Below are positions 25,260 to 37,772 of a stretch of 64,000 bases of DNA, piece after piece. How positions within the stretch are numbered: position 1 is the first letter of the stretch; every line of letters starts with the position of its first letter. A model generated the notes under the pieces. It was not told the DNA's origin, made no database searches, and was given only the letters and a program-made list of their open reading frames with translations. Origin of the DNA: an uncultured delta proteobacterium (GTDB lineage: Bacteria; Myxococcota; Myxococcia; Myxococcales; Myxococcaceae). A program made the translations under genes and the position numbers. The DNA lies in the NCBI GenBank assembly GCA_963771175.1, contig CAVYSY010000021.1, positions 1 to 64,000 on the forward strand. The letters run 5' to 3'.

Positions 25260-25747
25260 GCGGATGGCGGGTGTTGCTCGTGGTGCTCGGGATGGGGCTC
25301 GTCATCCTCTGCGCTTGCGGCTCGGAGTCCGCCTGTGGCCCGGGGGCCGGCGTGGTGTCGCGGGTCGTGGACGGCGACACCGTGGTGCTCCAGAGCGGCG
25401 AGCGCGTGCGCTACCTGCTCGTGGACACTCCAGAGAGCACCGGCGGAAAGCGCGAGTGCTTTGGCACGGCGGCGCGGGACTTCAACCGCTCGCTCGTCGA
25501 GGGGCGCAACGTGCGGCTGACGTATGGCGAGGCGTGTACCGACCGTTACGGGCGGCTGCTCGCGTACGTCACCGTGGATGGCAAGGAGGTGAATGCGCAG
25601 CTCGCCGAGCAGGGGTATGCCTGCGTCCTCTACGTGCCTCCGGCGGGAGAGTCGCGACGCTCCGAGTTCCAGGCGCTCGAGTCCTCGGCCCGAAGGGCCG
25701 GGCGGGGGATGTGGGGGCAGTGCTCCGACGTGCCTTGTGCGCGCTGA
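25247..25747 (+). CDS. Thermonuclease (SNase) family lipoprotein
   Basis: RVVDGDT, VRYLLVDTPE, DRYGRLLAYV, GRGMWG. Confidence 0.9.
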   Translation: MRPVSGWRVLLVVLGMGLVILCACGSESACGPGAGVVSRVVDGDTVVLQSGERVRYLLVDTPESTGGKRECFGTAARDFNRSLVEGRNVRLTYGEACTDRYGRLLAYVTVDGKEVNAQLAEQGYACVLYVPPAGESRRSEFQALESSARRAGRGMWGQCSDVPCAR

Positions 25748-25756
25748 GGGGGAGTC

Positions 25757-26566
25757 TCAGAACTTCACGGCGATACCGGAGCGCAACTGCGTGTCGAACC
25801 GCGACACCGTGGCCGGCGGGGCCGCGTCGTAGCTGAGGACCAGGCCCATGCTGAAGATGAAGCGCTTGTTGGGCTCCACCAGCAGCAGCGTCTCGTTGAG
25901 CAGCCGCACGTCCGAGAACCGGGTCAGTCGCGGCTGCACGTACAGCGTCTCCGTCAGGCTCATGTTCTCCATCAGCTTCACCCGGCCCATCACGTAGCTG
26001 CTCAGCCGTGGGTCCACTGCCTCCGCTCCCGCGTCCGGCTCGTTGTCATGGCGCAGTTGCTCATACTCCAGCATCATCGCCGCTCCCAGGACGAGCGATG
26101 CCGCCTCCGTGCTCTTCAGCGTGAAGCGCGGCCCCGCTCCCACCAGCGCCCGCAGCCGCAGCCGCCGGAAGGCATCGAGCTCGTGCTGCACGAACGTCTC
26201 CCCCGACAGCCAGTCCGTGAGGCGGTAGCGGTAGCGCAGGTGCTCGAGGAACTTGCTGACGATGAGCTCCTCATTGGCGAAGCCGTACTCGCCTCGCACC
26301 ACCCCCAGCACCGTGTGCTTCTCCGTGCGCCACTGCCCCAGCAGCAGCGCTCGCGTCACCAGCAGATCCGTGCTCCCCGTGCGCCAGTCCAGGGACAGCT
26401 CCGCTCCTCCCGATACCCCCATCGGGGACGTCGCCTCGTCGAAGAGCGCCTGCACGTTGACGATCTGCGCCGCCGCCTCCCGCGACGTCAGCAGCGCCAG
26501 CACGAGCAGCAGCAGGCCCGCTGACCGACCCGGCGAGCGGTTCGTCACTCCGGTGTGGATGGGCAT
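25757..26566 (-). CDS. DUF481-type outer-membrane beta-barrel
   Basis: Signal peptide, AQIVNV, HLRYRY, LVGAGPRF, YVQPRL, C-terminal Phe. Confidence 0.75.
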   Translation of the reverse strand: MPIHTGVTNRSPGRSAGLLLLVLALLTSREAAAQIVNVQALFDEATSPMGVSGGAELSLDWRTGSTDLLVTRALLLGQWRTEKHTVLGVVRGEYGFANEELIVSKFLEHLRYRYRLTDWLSGETFVQHELDAFRRLRLRALVGAGPRFTLKSTEAASLVLGAAMMLEYEQLRHDNEPDAGAEAVDPRLSSYVMGRVKLMENMSLTETLYVQPRLTRFSDVRLLNETLLLVEPNKRFIFSMGLVLSYDAAPPATVSRFDTQLRSGIAVKF

Positions 26567-26738
26567 GGGGAAACGGCCCTTGGTTGTGTGTTTCGAGATC
26601 AAAGCAGGGGGCGGCAAGGGGCAGGGCGTGCAGGTGTCGGGGTGCAGCGAGCGGATGACGATGATTCGTGCGCGCGTGGCTACTCCGGGTCAAGGGCCCA
26701 GGTCCCTTCACGCCCTCCTCATTCTTCGCCCGAGTGCC

Positions 26739-27002
26739 TCATGCCCCGAGCTGGCGACGCACCCAGGGACCGCCCACCTCGTGGCGCTCTGCTTCCCATC
26801 CTTGTTGCAGTTCCAGAACGTCGAGGATGCTTGGATCTTGCTCGACCAGATGGTTCAAGCCGATGACTCGCGGCCCCTCACCGGGTTCATGCTCCTCCCC
26901 GCAAAGGAACTGCCAGTCGCCATCCTCATGCACGATCAGTCGGATGGGCCGGCTTCCTTCGAAGACATGGCGACAGACGAATGCAGCACGTTCTCGCTCC
27001 AA
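26739..27002 (-). CDS. Small DUF2185/Imm33-like putative immunity protein
   Basis: AFVCRHVFEG, HEDGDWQFLCG, DPSILDVLEL.GW.AER; TTG start two bases after the upstream mini-ORF stop, GGAG RBS. Confidence 0.6.
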   Translation of the reverse strand: MERERAAFVCRHVFEGSRPIRLIVHEDGDWQFLCGEEHEPGEGPRVIGLNHLVEQDPSILDVLELQQGWEAERHEVGGPWVRRQLGA

Positions 27003-27004
27003 GC

Positions 27005-27073
27005 TCAGCTCCAACTGCCGCACCCAGCCAGCAGCATCAGCGACAGCAGCGGAATCAACCGGCACGGCATCAT
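27005..27073 (-). pseudogene. Lipoprotein signal-peptide mini-ORF, probable collapsed toxin gene
   Basis: GGAGG RBS, MMPCRLIPLLSLMLLAGCGSWS* with LAGC lipobox. Confidence 0.55.
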
Positions 27074-27350
27074 GCGGGAGCCCTCCTGGCCCTGTCTCCT
27101 GGCTGCTGAAAGCGCAAAGCCGAGTAGTACCAGATAGCGGGCGCGGTGAGGCGGGACCGCTATCGCGACAGGAGGGCCTCGAGCCCGGGCGTCTCCCGCG
27201 ACACCTTGGCGAGCTGCGCCGGGGAGAGCCGGAGCGCCTCGGGTCAGGCCATGGCCTGGCCAGGCAAGAGAACCGTCTCGAAGAAACCAGCCCGGGTTCG
27301 CGGAACATGACCCTTGGTCCCCCGAGGCCGTGGCGCGGTATGACTTGGGG

Positions 27351-28097
27351 ATGTTCGAGCTCGAGGGGGTATCCAAGCGCTTCGGTGAGACGTGGGCGCT
27401 GCACCCGCTCGACCTGCGCGTGCCCGCCGGGCGCACCACCGTCCTCCTCGGGCCGAGCGGCTGCGGCAAGTCCACCCTGCTGCGTCTGTTGAATGGATTG
27501 CTCCGGCCCGACACCGGCCGGGTCCTCTTCCGTGGCCAGCCCCTGCGCGACGCGGACCTGCTCTCCGTCCGCCAGCGCATCGGCTACGCCCTCCAGGGCG
27601 GTGGACTCTTCCCCCATCTCACCGCCGAGGGCAACGTCACCCTCATGGCCCGCCACCTGAAGTGGCCCACGGAGCGCATCCGCGCGCGGCTGCGCGAGCT
27701 CGTCGAGCTGCACCCGTTTTCCTCCGGACGCCCTCGACCGCTACCCCGGCCAGCTCTCCGGCGGCCAGCGGCAGCGCGTGAGCCTCATGCGCGCGCTTGA
27801 TGCTCGACCCGGACGTGCTGCTGCTCGACGAGCCGCTCGGCGCGCTGGACCCGATGATCCGCCACGAGCTGCAGGGCGACCTGCGCGACATCTTCCGCCC
27901 GCTCGGGCAAGACGGTGGTGCTCGTCACCCACGACCTCGGCGAGGCCGCCTTTCTTGGCGACCAGGTGGTGCTGATGCGCGAGGGCCGCATCGTCCAGCA
28001 GGGCCCGCTCGCCGAGCTGGAGCGCGCTCCCGCCGACCCCTTCGTCACCCGCTTCTTCCAGGCGCAGCGCCTGCCCTTCGGGGAGCGTGGCGCATGA
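27351..28097 (+). CDS. Osmoprotectant ABC ATP-binding protein (frameshifts)
   Basis: [35 protein letters not shown]. Confidence 0.8.
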
Positions 28098-29603
28098 GCT
28101 CGCTCGCCGCTTGTGCTGCTGCTCGTGCTCGCCGCGTGCTCCGGGCATCCTCGGACGGCCCCGCCGTGCGCGTCGGCTCCAAGAAGTTCACCGAGTCGGT
28201 CATCCTCGGCGAGATGGCGACGCAGCTCGTGCGCGAGCACCGGGGCTCGGGCCGAGCACCGGCGCGAGCTCGGCGGCACCCGGGTGCTCTGGGACGCCCT
28301 GCGCCGCGGCGAGATCGACGTCTACCCCGAGTACACCGGCACGCTGCGCGCAGGAGATCTTCGCCGGCGCAGCGCCTGCCCGACGACGAGGCGCTGCGCC
28401 AGGCGCTCGCCGCCGAGGGCGTGCGCATGAGCGCGCCCGCTCGGCTTCAACGACACCTACGCGCTCGGCATGAAGGAGACCGAGGCCGAGCGCCTCGGCA
28501 TCCGGCGCATCTCCGACCTGCGCGCGCACCCCGAGCTGCGCTTCGGCTTCAGCAACGAGTTCATGGACCGCGCCGACGGCTGGCCCGGCGCTGCGCGACC
28601 GCTACGCGCTGCCGCAGCGGGACGTGCGCGGGCTCGACCACGACCTGGCCTACCGCGGCCTGGACGAGCGGCGCGCATCGACGTGACCGACCTCTACTCG
28701 ACCGACGCGGAGATCGCGCTACTACGACCTGCGCGTGCTCGAGGACGACCTGCGGCACTTCCCCGACGTACGACGCCGTGCTGCTGTACCGCGCCGACCT
28801 GGCCGAGCACGCGCCCGAGGTCGTGGCCGCGCTCGGGCGGCTGGAGGGCCGCATCTCCGAGCCGGAGATGATCGGCAGCTGAACGCGCGCGCGAAGCTCG
28901 AGCGCAGTCCCCGAGGCGGCAGGTGGCGGCCGACTTCCTGCGAGCGCGAGCTGGGCGCTGGCGGTCGACGGTGCGCGGCGGACGGCCGCGCTGCGCGAAT
29001 CCTGCGGCGCCACACGCGCGAGCACCTGTTCCTGGTGGGCATCTCGCTGGCTCGCGGCCATCGTGCGTGGCGGTGCCGCTGGGCATCCTCGCGGCCCGGC
29101 GGCCGCGGCTGGGGCAGGTGGTGCTCGCGCTGGCGGGCGTGATCCAGACGATCCCGTCGCTGGCGCTGCTGGTGTTCATGATCCCGCTGCTCGGCATCGG
29201 CACGCGGCCGGCCATCGTGGCGCTGTTCCTCTACAGCCTGCTGCCGATCGTGCGCAACACGCCCGCCGGGCTCGCCGACATCGCCGCCGCCGGTGCGCGA
29301 GTCGGCCGAGGCGCTCGGCCTGCCGCCCGGCGCGCGCCTGCGCCTCGTCGAGCTGCCGCTGGCCTCGCCGTCGATCCTCGCCGGCATCAAGACCTCGGCG
29401 GTGATCAACGTCGGCACCGCCACGCTCGGCGCGCTGATCGGCGCCGGCGGCTACGGCCAGCCGATCCTCACCGGCATCCGGCTCGACGACGTCGGGCCTG
29501 CATCCTGGAGGGCGCGGTGCCGGCGGCGGTGCTGGCGCTGCTCGTCAGCGGCCTGTTCGAGCTCGTCGAGCGGCTCGTGGTGCCGCGCGGGCTGCGGCTC
29601 TAA
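28094..29603 (+). CDS. Glycine betaine/choline ABC binding protein-permease fusion (heavily frameshifted)
   Basis: [55 protein letters not shown]. Confidence 0.8.
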
Positions 29604-29654
29604 GCCATCCGAAGCAAGTCCGTGCAGGGGGGGGCGCCGGACGCGCGCTCGCGC

Positions 29655-29870
29655 AACTGGTTCGATGGTCGGACCAGTTCGTGAGAAGCGCGACCTGGGA
29701 GGCCGGAGAATCGCGGCGGACAGAGGACCCTCCGGGCTCGGTCTCGAAAAACCTGTCCGACAGTCGGACAGGTTTTTGAAGAGCGCGACCGGAAGGCCGA
29801 TGGTTCTCGGAGGACAGGGGGCCTGGCGGACTCGGTTTTCGGCAACTTGTACACTTACGTGTACAAGTTG
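29655..29870. repeat. Cluster of three palindromes, REP-like
   Basis: AACTGGTTCGATGGTCGGACCAGTT (29655-29679); perfect AAAAACCTGTCCGAC-A-GTCGGACAGGTTTTT (29747-29777); CAACTTGTACAC-TTAC-GTGTACAAGTTG (29843-29870). Confidence 0.75.
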
Positions 29871-29999
29871 GAGAGAAACGCGGCCGGGAGGTGGCGGGTC
29901 TCAGAGGTTGTGACTGGCGTGCACGGACGAGGCCGCTGGCAATGCTCGTTACCCCTGAAGCGACTTACTTCTAATGGTTTAGGGCAAGCGGCCGGTGCT

Positions 30000-30826
30000 C
30001 TACATACCGTGCCGGGCACGCCGCCGCCGGGCCGCCATCACCGCCAGCGCCAGCACGAGCAGCGGCACGCCGAGCATCACCGGCCACAGCCAGAGCGGAG
30101 TCCCGGCTTGCACCACCGCGTGCAGCTCCTTGCCCTGTCGGGCCTCGTTCGCCAGGTCCACCAGGCTGTACTTCCACTCCACGGTGTCCTTCTTCTCGTT
30201 GAGCGTACCGTTGGTCTCCGGAATGGACTGCCCGTGCACACGAACGACGTAATAGTGGTTGCCCAGCAGGGCCCGCGCCATCTGCGTCCCGAAATCCCGG
30301 GCGGCCTGCTCCGTGGGAGTCTTCGCCCCATCCGGAGCGCCGGGCTGCTCCTTCGGCTCGCCGAACCTTTGGACGAAGACGTACTCCCCGAACCCGCGCG
30401 GCTCGATGCGGAAGGCGACGTCCGCCTGCCCCTGTTTCGCCGAGGCACTCTGCTCCATGGCCCGCTTCTGTAACTCGCCCAGCCGGGTGGCGTCCTTCAC
30501 CGTCAGGTCGTACACGAGGTGCTGCTGCCCGTCCTGCTCGTACTCCCGGAACTCGAATTTCGTCACGTCCGGGTCCTTCTTCAGGTCGGCCTCGGTGGCT
30601 CGGGCTTCCGCGCGGAGTCTCCTCGAGGGGGTCCTTCTCCCCGGGCTCGCGCGAGGTCGAGGAACGACGTGGGCAGGCCCACGTCGAACACCACGCGCCC
30701 CGAGCCATCGGGAAGAATCCAGATTTCCTGAAGCAGGTCGAAGCAGCCGGTGAGCGTGAGCAGCACCAGCGGTGCGAGCAGCCAGCGCAGGCGCGGCAGG
30801 GGGCGGCGGGCGGAGTGTTAGGCCAT
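30000..30826 (-). CDS. LppM-like lipoprotein with C-terminal TM helix (frameshifts)
   Basis: LTGC lipobox then ILPDGSGRV; ETNGT...VEW; C-terminal hydrophobic helix plus Arg tail. Confidence 0.55.
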
Positions 30827-30920
30827 GGAATCGAAATGAAGCTACACGGTGCGCTGCCCTCCGGCGAGTGAGAGCGGTGCCGGGGAGCAGCAGGCGCCTG
30901 GGGGCACCACCCCGTAGCGG

Positions 30921-33732
<2,812 letters not shown>

Positions 33733-33777
33733 GGCGAGCTGTTCCGGGGAATGCGTGAAGAAGACCCAGGGAGTCAC

Positions 33778-33793
33778 AGCATTCGCCGTGCCA
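33778..33793 (-). promoter_or_regulatory. Sigma-54 -24/-12 promoter of ppdK
   Basis: TGGCACGGCGAATGCT on the minus strand (GG-N10-GC), 46 bp before the ATG. Confidence 0.65.
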
Positions 33794-33890
33794 GGAGGGG
33801 CTCCAGCGAGGAGCCCCGCCCGGTGCGCAAACCTTGCGCTCCCCTGTCCCTGAAAGTGGGGATGAGGAGCCCGGGCGCGCAAGATGCGCG

Positions 33891-34904
33891 CTACTTGCCC
33901 TTGGTGTACTCGCGGCTGGCGATGACGCCCTGCACCTCGGCGAGCGCCCGCGCACCCGAGGCGGACTCCAGCGCCTTCTCGGCGATGGTCTGCACCTGTC
34001 GCTTGGCCTCGGCCAGCTCGGTCTGGAGCGCCTGGAGCGACTGGGTCTGCCGCGCGTTGGTCTCCTTGAGCGAGGAGATTTCCATGCTCGCCACGCGCTG
34101 GGCCGTCTCGGCATCCTTCTGGGCGAGGGTGAGCTTCATCTCCCAGTCATGCTTCACCCGGTTGCCCGCGATGGCCGCCGCCGCGTCCGTCTCCTTCTTC
34201 AGCACGGCCGGGAAGTCCGCCACCTGCTGGCGCAGCTCCTCCAGCTCCTTCTCGCGCAGCTTCAGCGCCTCCTCGCGGGCGGCCCAGTCCTTCTCGAGCT
34301 TCTCCTTGCGGTCGCGCTCGGCGGCACCCTGCTGGCGGAGCTGCTCGGCGAAGGCGTCCTGCTCCTTCTTGCGCTGGAGCTGGATGTTATAGACGTACTC
34401 CTCCTCGGCCCGCTTGCGCGCCACCTCGGAGGCCTCCCGCTCGGCCGCGAGGTCCGCGGCGAACCTCGTGCGCGTCTGGGAAATCTCCTCGTGGAGCCGC
34501 TCCAGCTCGGCCTCCAGGTCCGCCTTCTTCTTGTCGTGCTCGGCCACCAGGACGTCGATGGCGCTGGCGGCGACGTCCTTGCCGTGCAGGGCCGCCAGCT
34601 CCTCCGTCTTGAGCTTGATGGCCTCGTCGAGCTTCTTCAGCTCCTCGACGAGCGAGATGACCTGCTCGTTGATGCCGCCGAGCGTCTTGTTGATGGTGAG
34701 GCCGGCCTCGGTGACCTTCTTCACGGCCGACTCCGCCGAGAGGCTGGACACATCCGTCAGCACGTTGCGGGCGTGGGACTGCTGCGCCTCCTGCTCCTTG
34801 ACCGAGACCACGGGCTTGTTGCGGCTCTTGCGGGCCAGCTCCTCGAAAGCGCTCTTGGTCTGCTCGGTGGAACGACGGCGGGCGGACGAGTTGCGAGTAG
34901 CCAT
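33891..34904 (-). CDS. Coiled-coil hypothetical protein
   Basis: Glu/Lys/Arg/Ala heptads throughout; RKRAEEEYVY and IAEKALESASG motifs. Confidence 0.7.
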   Translation of the reverse strand: MATRNSSARRRSTEQTKSAFEELARKSRNKPVVSVKEQEAQQSHARNVLTDVSSLSAESAVKKVTEAGLTINKTLGGINEQVISLVEELKKLDEAIKLKTEELAALHGKDVAASAIDVLVAEHDKKKADLEAELERLHEEISQTRTRFAADLAAEREASEVARKRAEEEYVYNIQLQRKKEQDAFAEQLRQQGAAERDRKEKLEKDWAAREEALKLREKELEELRQQVADFPAVLKKETDAAAAIAGNRVKHDWEMKLTLAQKDAETAQRVASMEISSLKETNARQTQSLQALQTELAEAKRQVQTIAEKALESASGARALAEVQGVIASREYTKGK

Positions 34905-35129
34905 GACGTGATGCTCCAGGTTGGACGTGGGTCTCTGCCCCCCTCTCGGGCGGCCATGAACAAGGTTTACCCAATGGGTCTGACATGGCCGGGGCTCCGA
35001 GGACGCCCTCGGAGGTCCGGAGAGCCCGCTGGACGAGCAGGCGGCCGCGCCCGCGGTCCACGCCCCGTTACATCCGACTTCCCGGGACTCGAACAACGGG
35101 GAGGACTGGAGTCCTCGAGGAGGCTGGAC

Positions 35130-35339
35130 ATGAAGAAGAACGACAAGAACAAGGCCCCGCGGAAGGACAAGAAGCCGTTCTTCGCGCGGTTGTTGGAGGC
35201 TCAGGAGCTGGAGCAGGTGGCGGGTGGCGCGGGTGGCGTCCAGACTCGCAAGTTCCCCTCGGACAAGGACGAGAGCAGCGACGGGCCCATCGTCACCCAG
35301 AAGTTCCCCTCGGACACCGACGAGGGCGGGGGGTACTAA
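35130..35339 (+). CDS. Microviridin/marinostatin-type graspetide precursor, 69 aa
   Basis: PFFARLLE leader, ELEQVAGG double-Gly site, cores [10 protein letters not shown] and [20 protein letters not shown]. Confidence 0.9.
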   Translation: MKKNDKNKAPRKDKKPFFARLLEAQELEQVAGGAGGVQTRKFPSDKDESSDGPIVTQKFPSDTDEGGGY

Positions 35340-35394
35340 GGCTTCGCGGGGGGCTCGGCGATGGGTGGGCCGCTCGCATGCCTATACTCGCGCC

Positions 35395-37491
35395 GTGCGA
35401 AGACACGGAACGTTGGGGTGGGGATGTCTGGCGTTACTGCTCATCTCCTGCTCGGCGCATCGGCCCGCCAGCGAGGTCTCCCGGCAAGCCGAGACCGGAC
35501 GGAGCCTGCGCGCGCGCATCTACCTGGCGAAGGGCGAGGCGGCGGTCGACTCGCGGCAATGGGGTCTGGCGGCAGCGTATTTCGCGGCCGCCCGTGTGGA
35601 GCAGGACTCGCTCGCGGCGCAGTGGGGTCATGCCTGGGCGACGAGCCATGCCTCCACCCAGCTCTGGACGAAGAAGTTCGAGGGCTCCGTCCTCGCCACC
35701 GCCTTCTCCCCGGATGGCCGGGTGCTGGCCTCGGCCGGATACGATTCCATCATCCGTCTCTGGGACGTGAGCCGCGGTGAGCTGCTGGCGGAACTCAAGG
35801 GCCATACGGCCGAGGTGCATGCCGTCGCCTTCTCCCCCGACGGTCGAGTGCTGGCCTCCGGAGGCAGGCCGGGAGAGATTCGAATCTGGGACCTGAGCCA
35901 GGGTCGGCAGGTGGCCCTGCTCGAAGGCCACTCGGACGTGGTGCGCGGGCTGGCGTTCTCGCCGAGCGGGAAGCAATTGGCCTCCTGTGGCGTGGACAAG
36001 ACGGTCCGTGTCTGGGACGTCGGCACCGGGACCGAGCGGATGCGGTTCGACCACGACGAATATGCCATCTCCGTCGTGTTCTCCGGTGATGAGCGACAGC
36101 TCCTCTCGACGAGCATGGACCGGACCGCCCGGCTGTGGGACCTGGATGCACGCAAGGAGCTGCGCCGCCTCCTCGGACACGAGGAGAAGGTGGAATCGGG
36201 TGCTTTCTCTTCGGATGGGCAGCTCGTCATGACCGCGGCGAGCGACCACACGGTCCGGTTCTGGAGCGCGCGGTCCGGACAGCTCGTCAATGTCCTGAGA
36301 ATCCCGGGCGGTATCGCGAGCGTCGCCATCGATCCCGGGTTCCGGCTCATCGTCGAGGCGGGATGGGATGGCCGCGTCCAGCTCGTCGATGCTCGCAGCG
36401 GGGAACTCCTCGATCGTCTGGATGCACATCACGCGATGACGATGGCGGTGGCCCTGTCTCCGGACGGTCGCACCTTCGCTTCTGGTGGAAGGGACGGCTC
36501 GTTGCATGTCTGGTCCCGACCCGAGGCTCCCGCCGAGGTCGTCCTCCGAGGCCATCAGGTCTGGATCGAGGCATTGGCGTTTCCCGAGGAGCAGGCGCTC
36601 GTTTCAGGTGCGGAGGATGGCTTGCGCCTATGGGGCCTCTCGGGAGGGAGCGCACTGGAGCCGAAATCGTTCGAGACGGGGAGCTTCTCCCTCGCGGTGA
36701 GCCCGGATCGAAAGCTCATCGCGGCGGGTGCGCCCGATGGAACGGTGCGCGTCCTGGAGGCCAGCTCGGGCCGGCAGGTGCTCGGCCTCTCCGGCGTGGC
36801 GGGCTCCGTTCGGGGCCTGGCCTTCGCACCCGATGGGAAGACCCTCGCGGCGGGCGGGGAGCGCGACGTCATCCTCTGGTCGCTGCCCTCCGGCTCCGTC
36901 CTCGGGCAGCTCGCGGGACACACGGGGAAGATCTGGTCCCTGGCCTTTGATTCGACGGGGAGCCGCCTCGCCTCCGGCAGCTCGGACGGTACCGCGCGGA
37001 TCTGGGATGTGAGTCGCCGTCAGCAGCTTCGACAGCTCGACACGGGGGGCACGGTTCGAGCCGTTGCCTTCACCCCCTCCCATGGCCTCCTGGTGACGGC
37101 GGGCATGAAGCAACCCCTTCGCCTCTGGGATGCCGCGGACGGCCGTCTGTTGAAGGAGCTGGACGATGGCCCTGTCGGCACCCTCTCCATGTCCTTGTCA
37201 CGGGACGGGCGGTTCATGGCCTCGGGCGGAATGGACCTGCTGGTGAAGGTCTGGAGCCTTCCTTCCGGCGAGCGGATGGGGGAGATCCCCGGTCATCAGG
37301 GGATGCCCACCGCCGTGGCCTTCTCGCCTGGAGCCTCGACCCTGGCCTCGGCGGGAGCGGACAGGACGATCCGCCTGAGCAGGATTGAAGGCATCGTTCA
37401 TCCGATGTCGCCCGAGTCGGCGCTCGCGGAGGCGCTGAGCCGATACGGGCTCACCCGGGAGGAAGAGCGGTTCCTCATCCAGTACCGCTGA
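35395..37491 (+). CDS. WD40-repeat lipoprotein, about 14 repeats
   Basis: LLISC lipobox; repeated GH...AFSPDG...LAS...D..IR.WD. Confidence 0.88.
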   Translation: MRRHGTLGWGCLALLLISCSAHRPASEVSRQAETGRSLRARIYLAKGEAAVDSRQWGLAAAYFAAARVEQDSLAAQWGHAWATSHASTQLWTKKFEGSVLATAFSPDGRVLASAGYDSIIRLWDVSRGELLAELKGHTAEVHAVAFSPDGRVLASGGRPGEIRIWDLSQGRQVALLEGHSDVVRGLAFSPSGKQLASCGVDKTVRVWDVGTGTERMRFDHDEYAISVVFSGDERQLLSTSMDRTARLWDLDARKELRRLLGHEEKVESGAFSSDGQLVMTAASDHTVRFWSARSGQLVNVLRIPGGIASVAIDPGFRLIVEAGWDGRVQLVDARSGELLDRLDAHHAMTMAVALSPDGRTFASGGRDGSLHVWSRPEAPAEVVLRGHQVWIEALAFPEEQALVSGAEDGLRLWGLSGGSALEPKSFETGSFSLAVSPDRKLIAAGAPDGTVRVLEASSGRQVLGLSGVAGSVRGLAFAPDGKTLAAGGERDVILWSLPSGSVLGQLAGHTGKIWSLAFDSTGSRLASGSSDGTARIWDVSRRQQLRQLDTGGTVRAVAFTPSHGLLVTAGMKQPLRLWDAADGRLLKELDDGPVGTLSMSLSRDGRFMASGGMDLLVKVWSLPSGERMGEIPGHQGMPTAVAFSPGASTLASAGADRTIRLSRIEGIVHPMSPESALAEALSRYGLTREEERFLIQYR

Positions 37492-37709
37492 CGGAGGTCC
37501 GTGCTCATCTCCATCACTTCGCACCGAGGTCCAGCAATGCTCGAACCTCGACCTCGGTACCGAAGGTGCGGGCGCGAGCCAGCGGAGTCTGGCCGTTACC
37601 CTGCTCGGCACGTCCTAGCCGGCTGGGTGACGGGTGGGCGCGAGGCTCGCGTGGTGGGTCCAGGCTGGTTGCCCGAGGTCCGCTCAGCCTCCGGCGCTTT
37701 CCGCCGAAG

Positions 37710-37735
37710 TCATCCAATTGCTTCGCCGGTCCGTA
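37710..37735 (+). promoter_or_regulatory. Candidate SigK-like ECF promoter
   Basis: TCATCC-N15-CCGTA, 37 bp before the DUF4331 ATG. Confidence 0.45.
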
Positions 37736-37772
37736 GCGGGAGTGAAGACACCGCACTCCATGAGGACCGACC

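Noticed and set aside
29930..29995. Possible structured RNA (GGCCGCT...AGCGGCC)
   Set aside because: Weak interrupted pairing, no promoter; may just terminate the upstream minus-strand gene
33834..35339. 501-aa ORF ending in the microviridin motif
   Set aside because: Antisense shadow of the coiled-coil gene; the real start is ATG 35130
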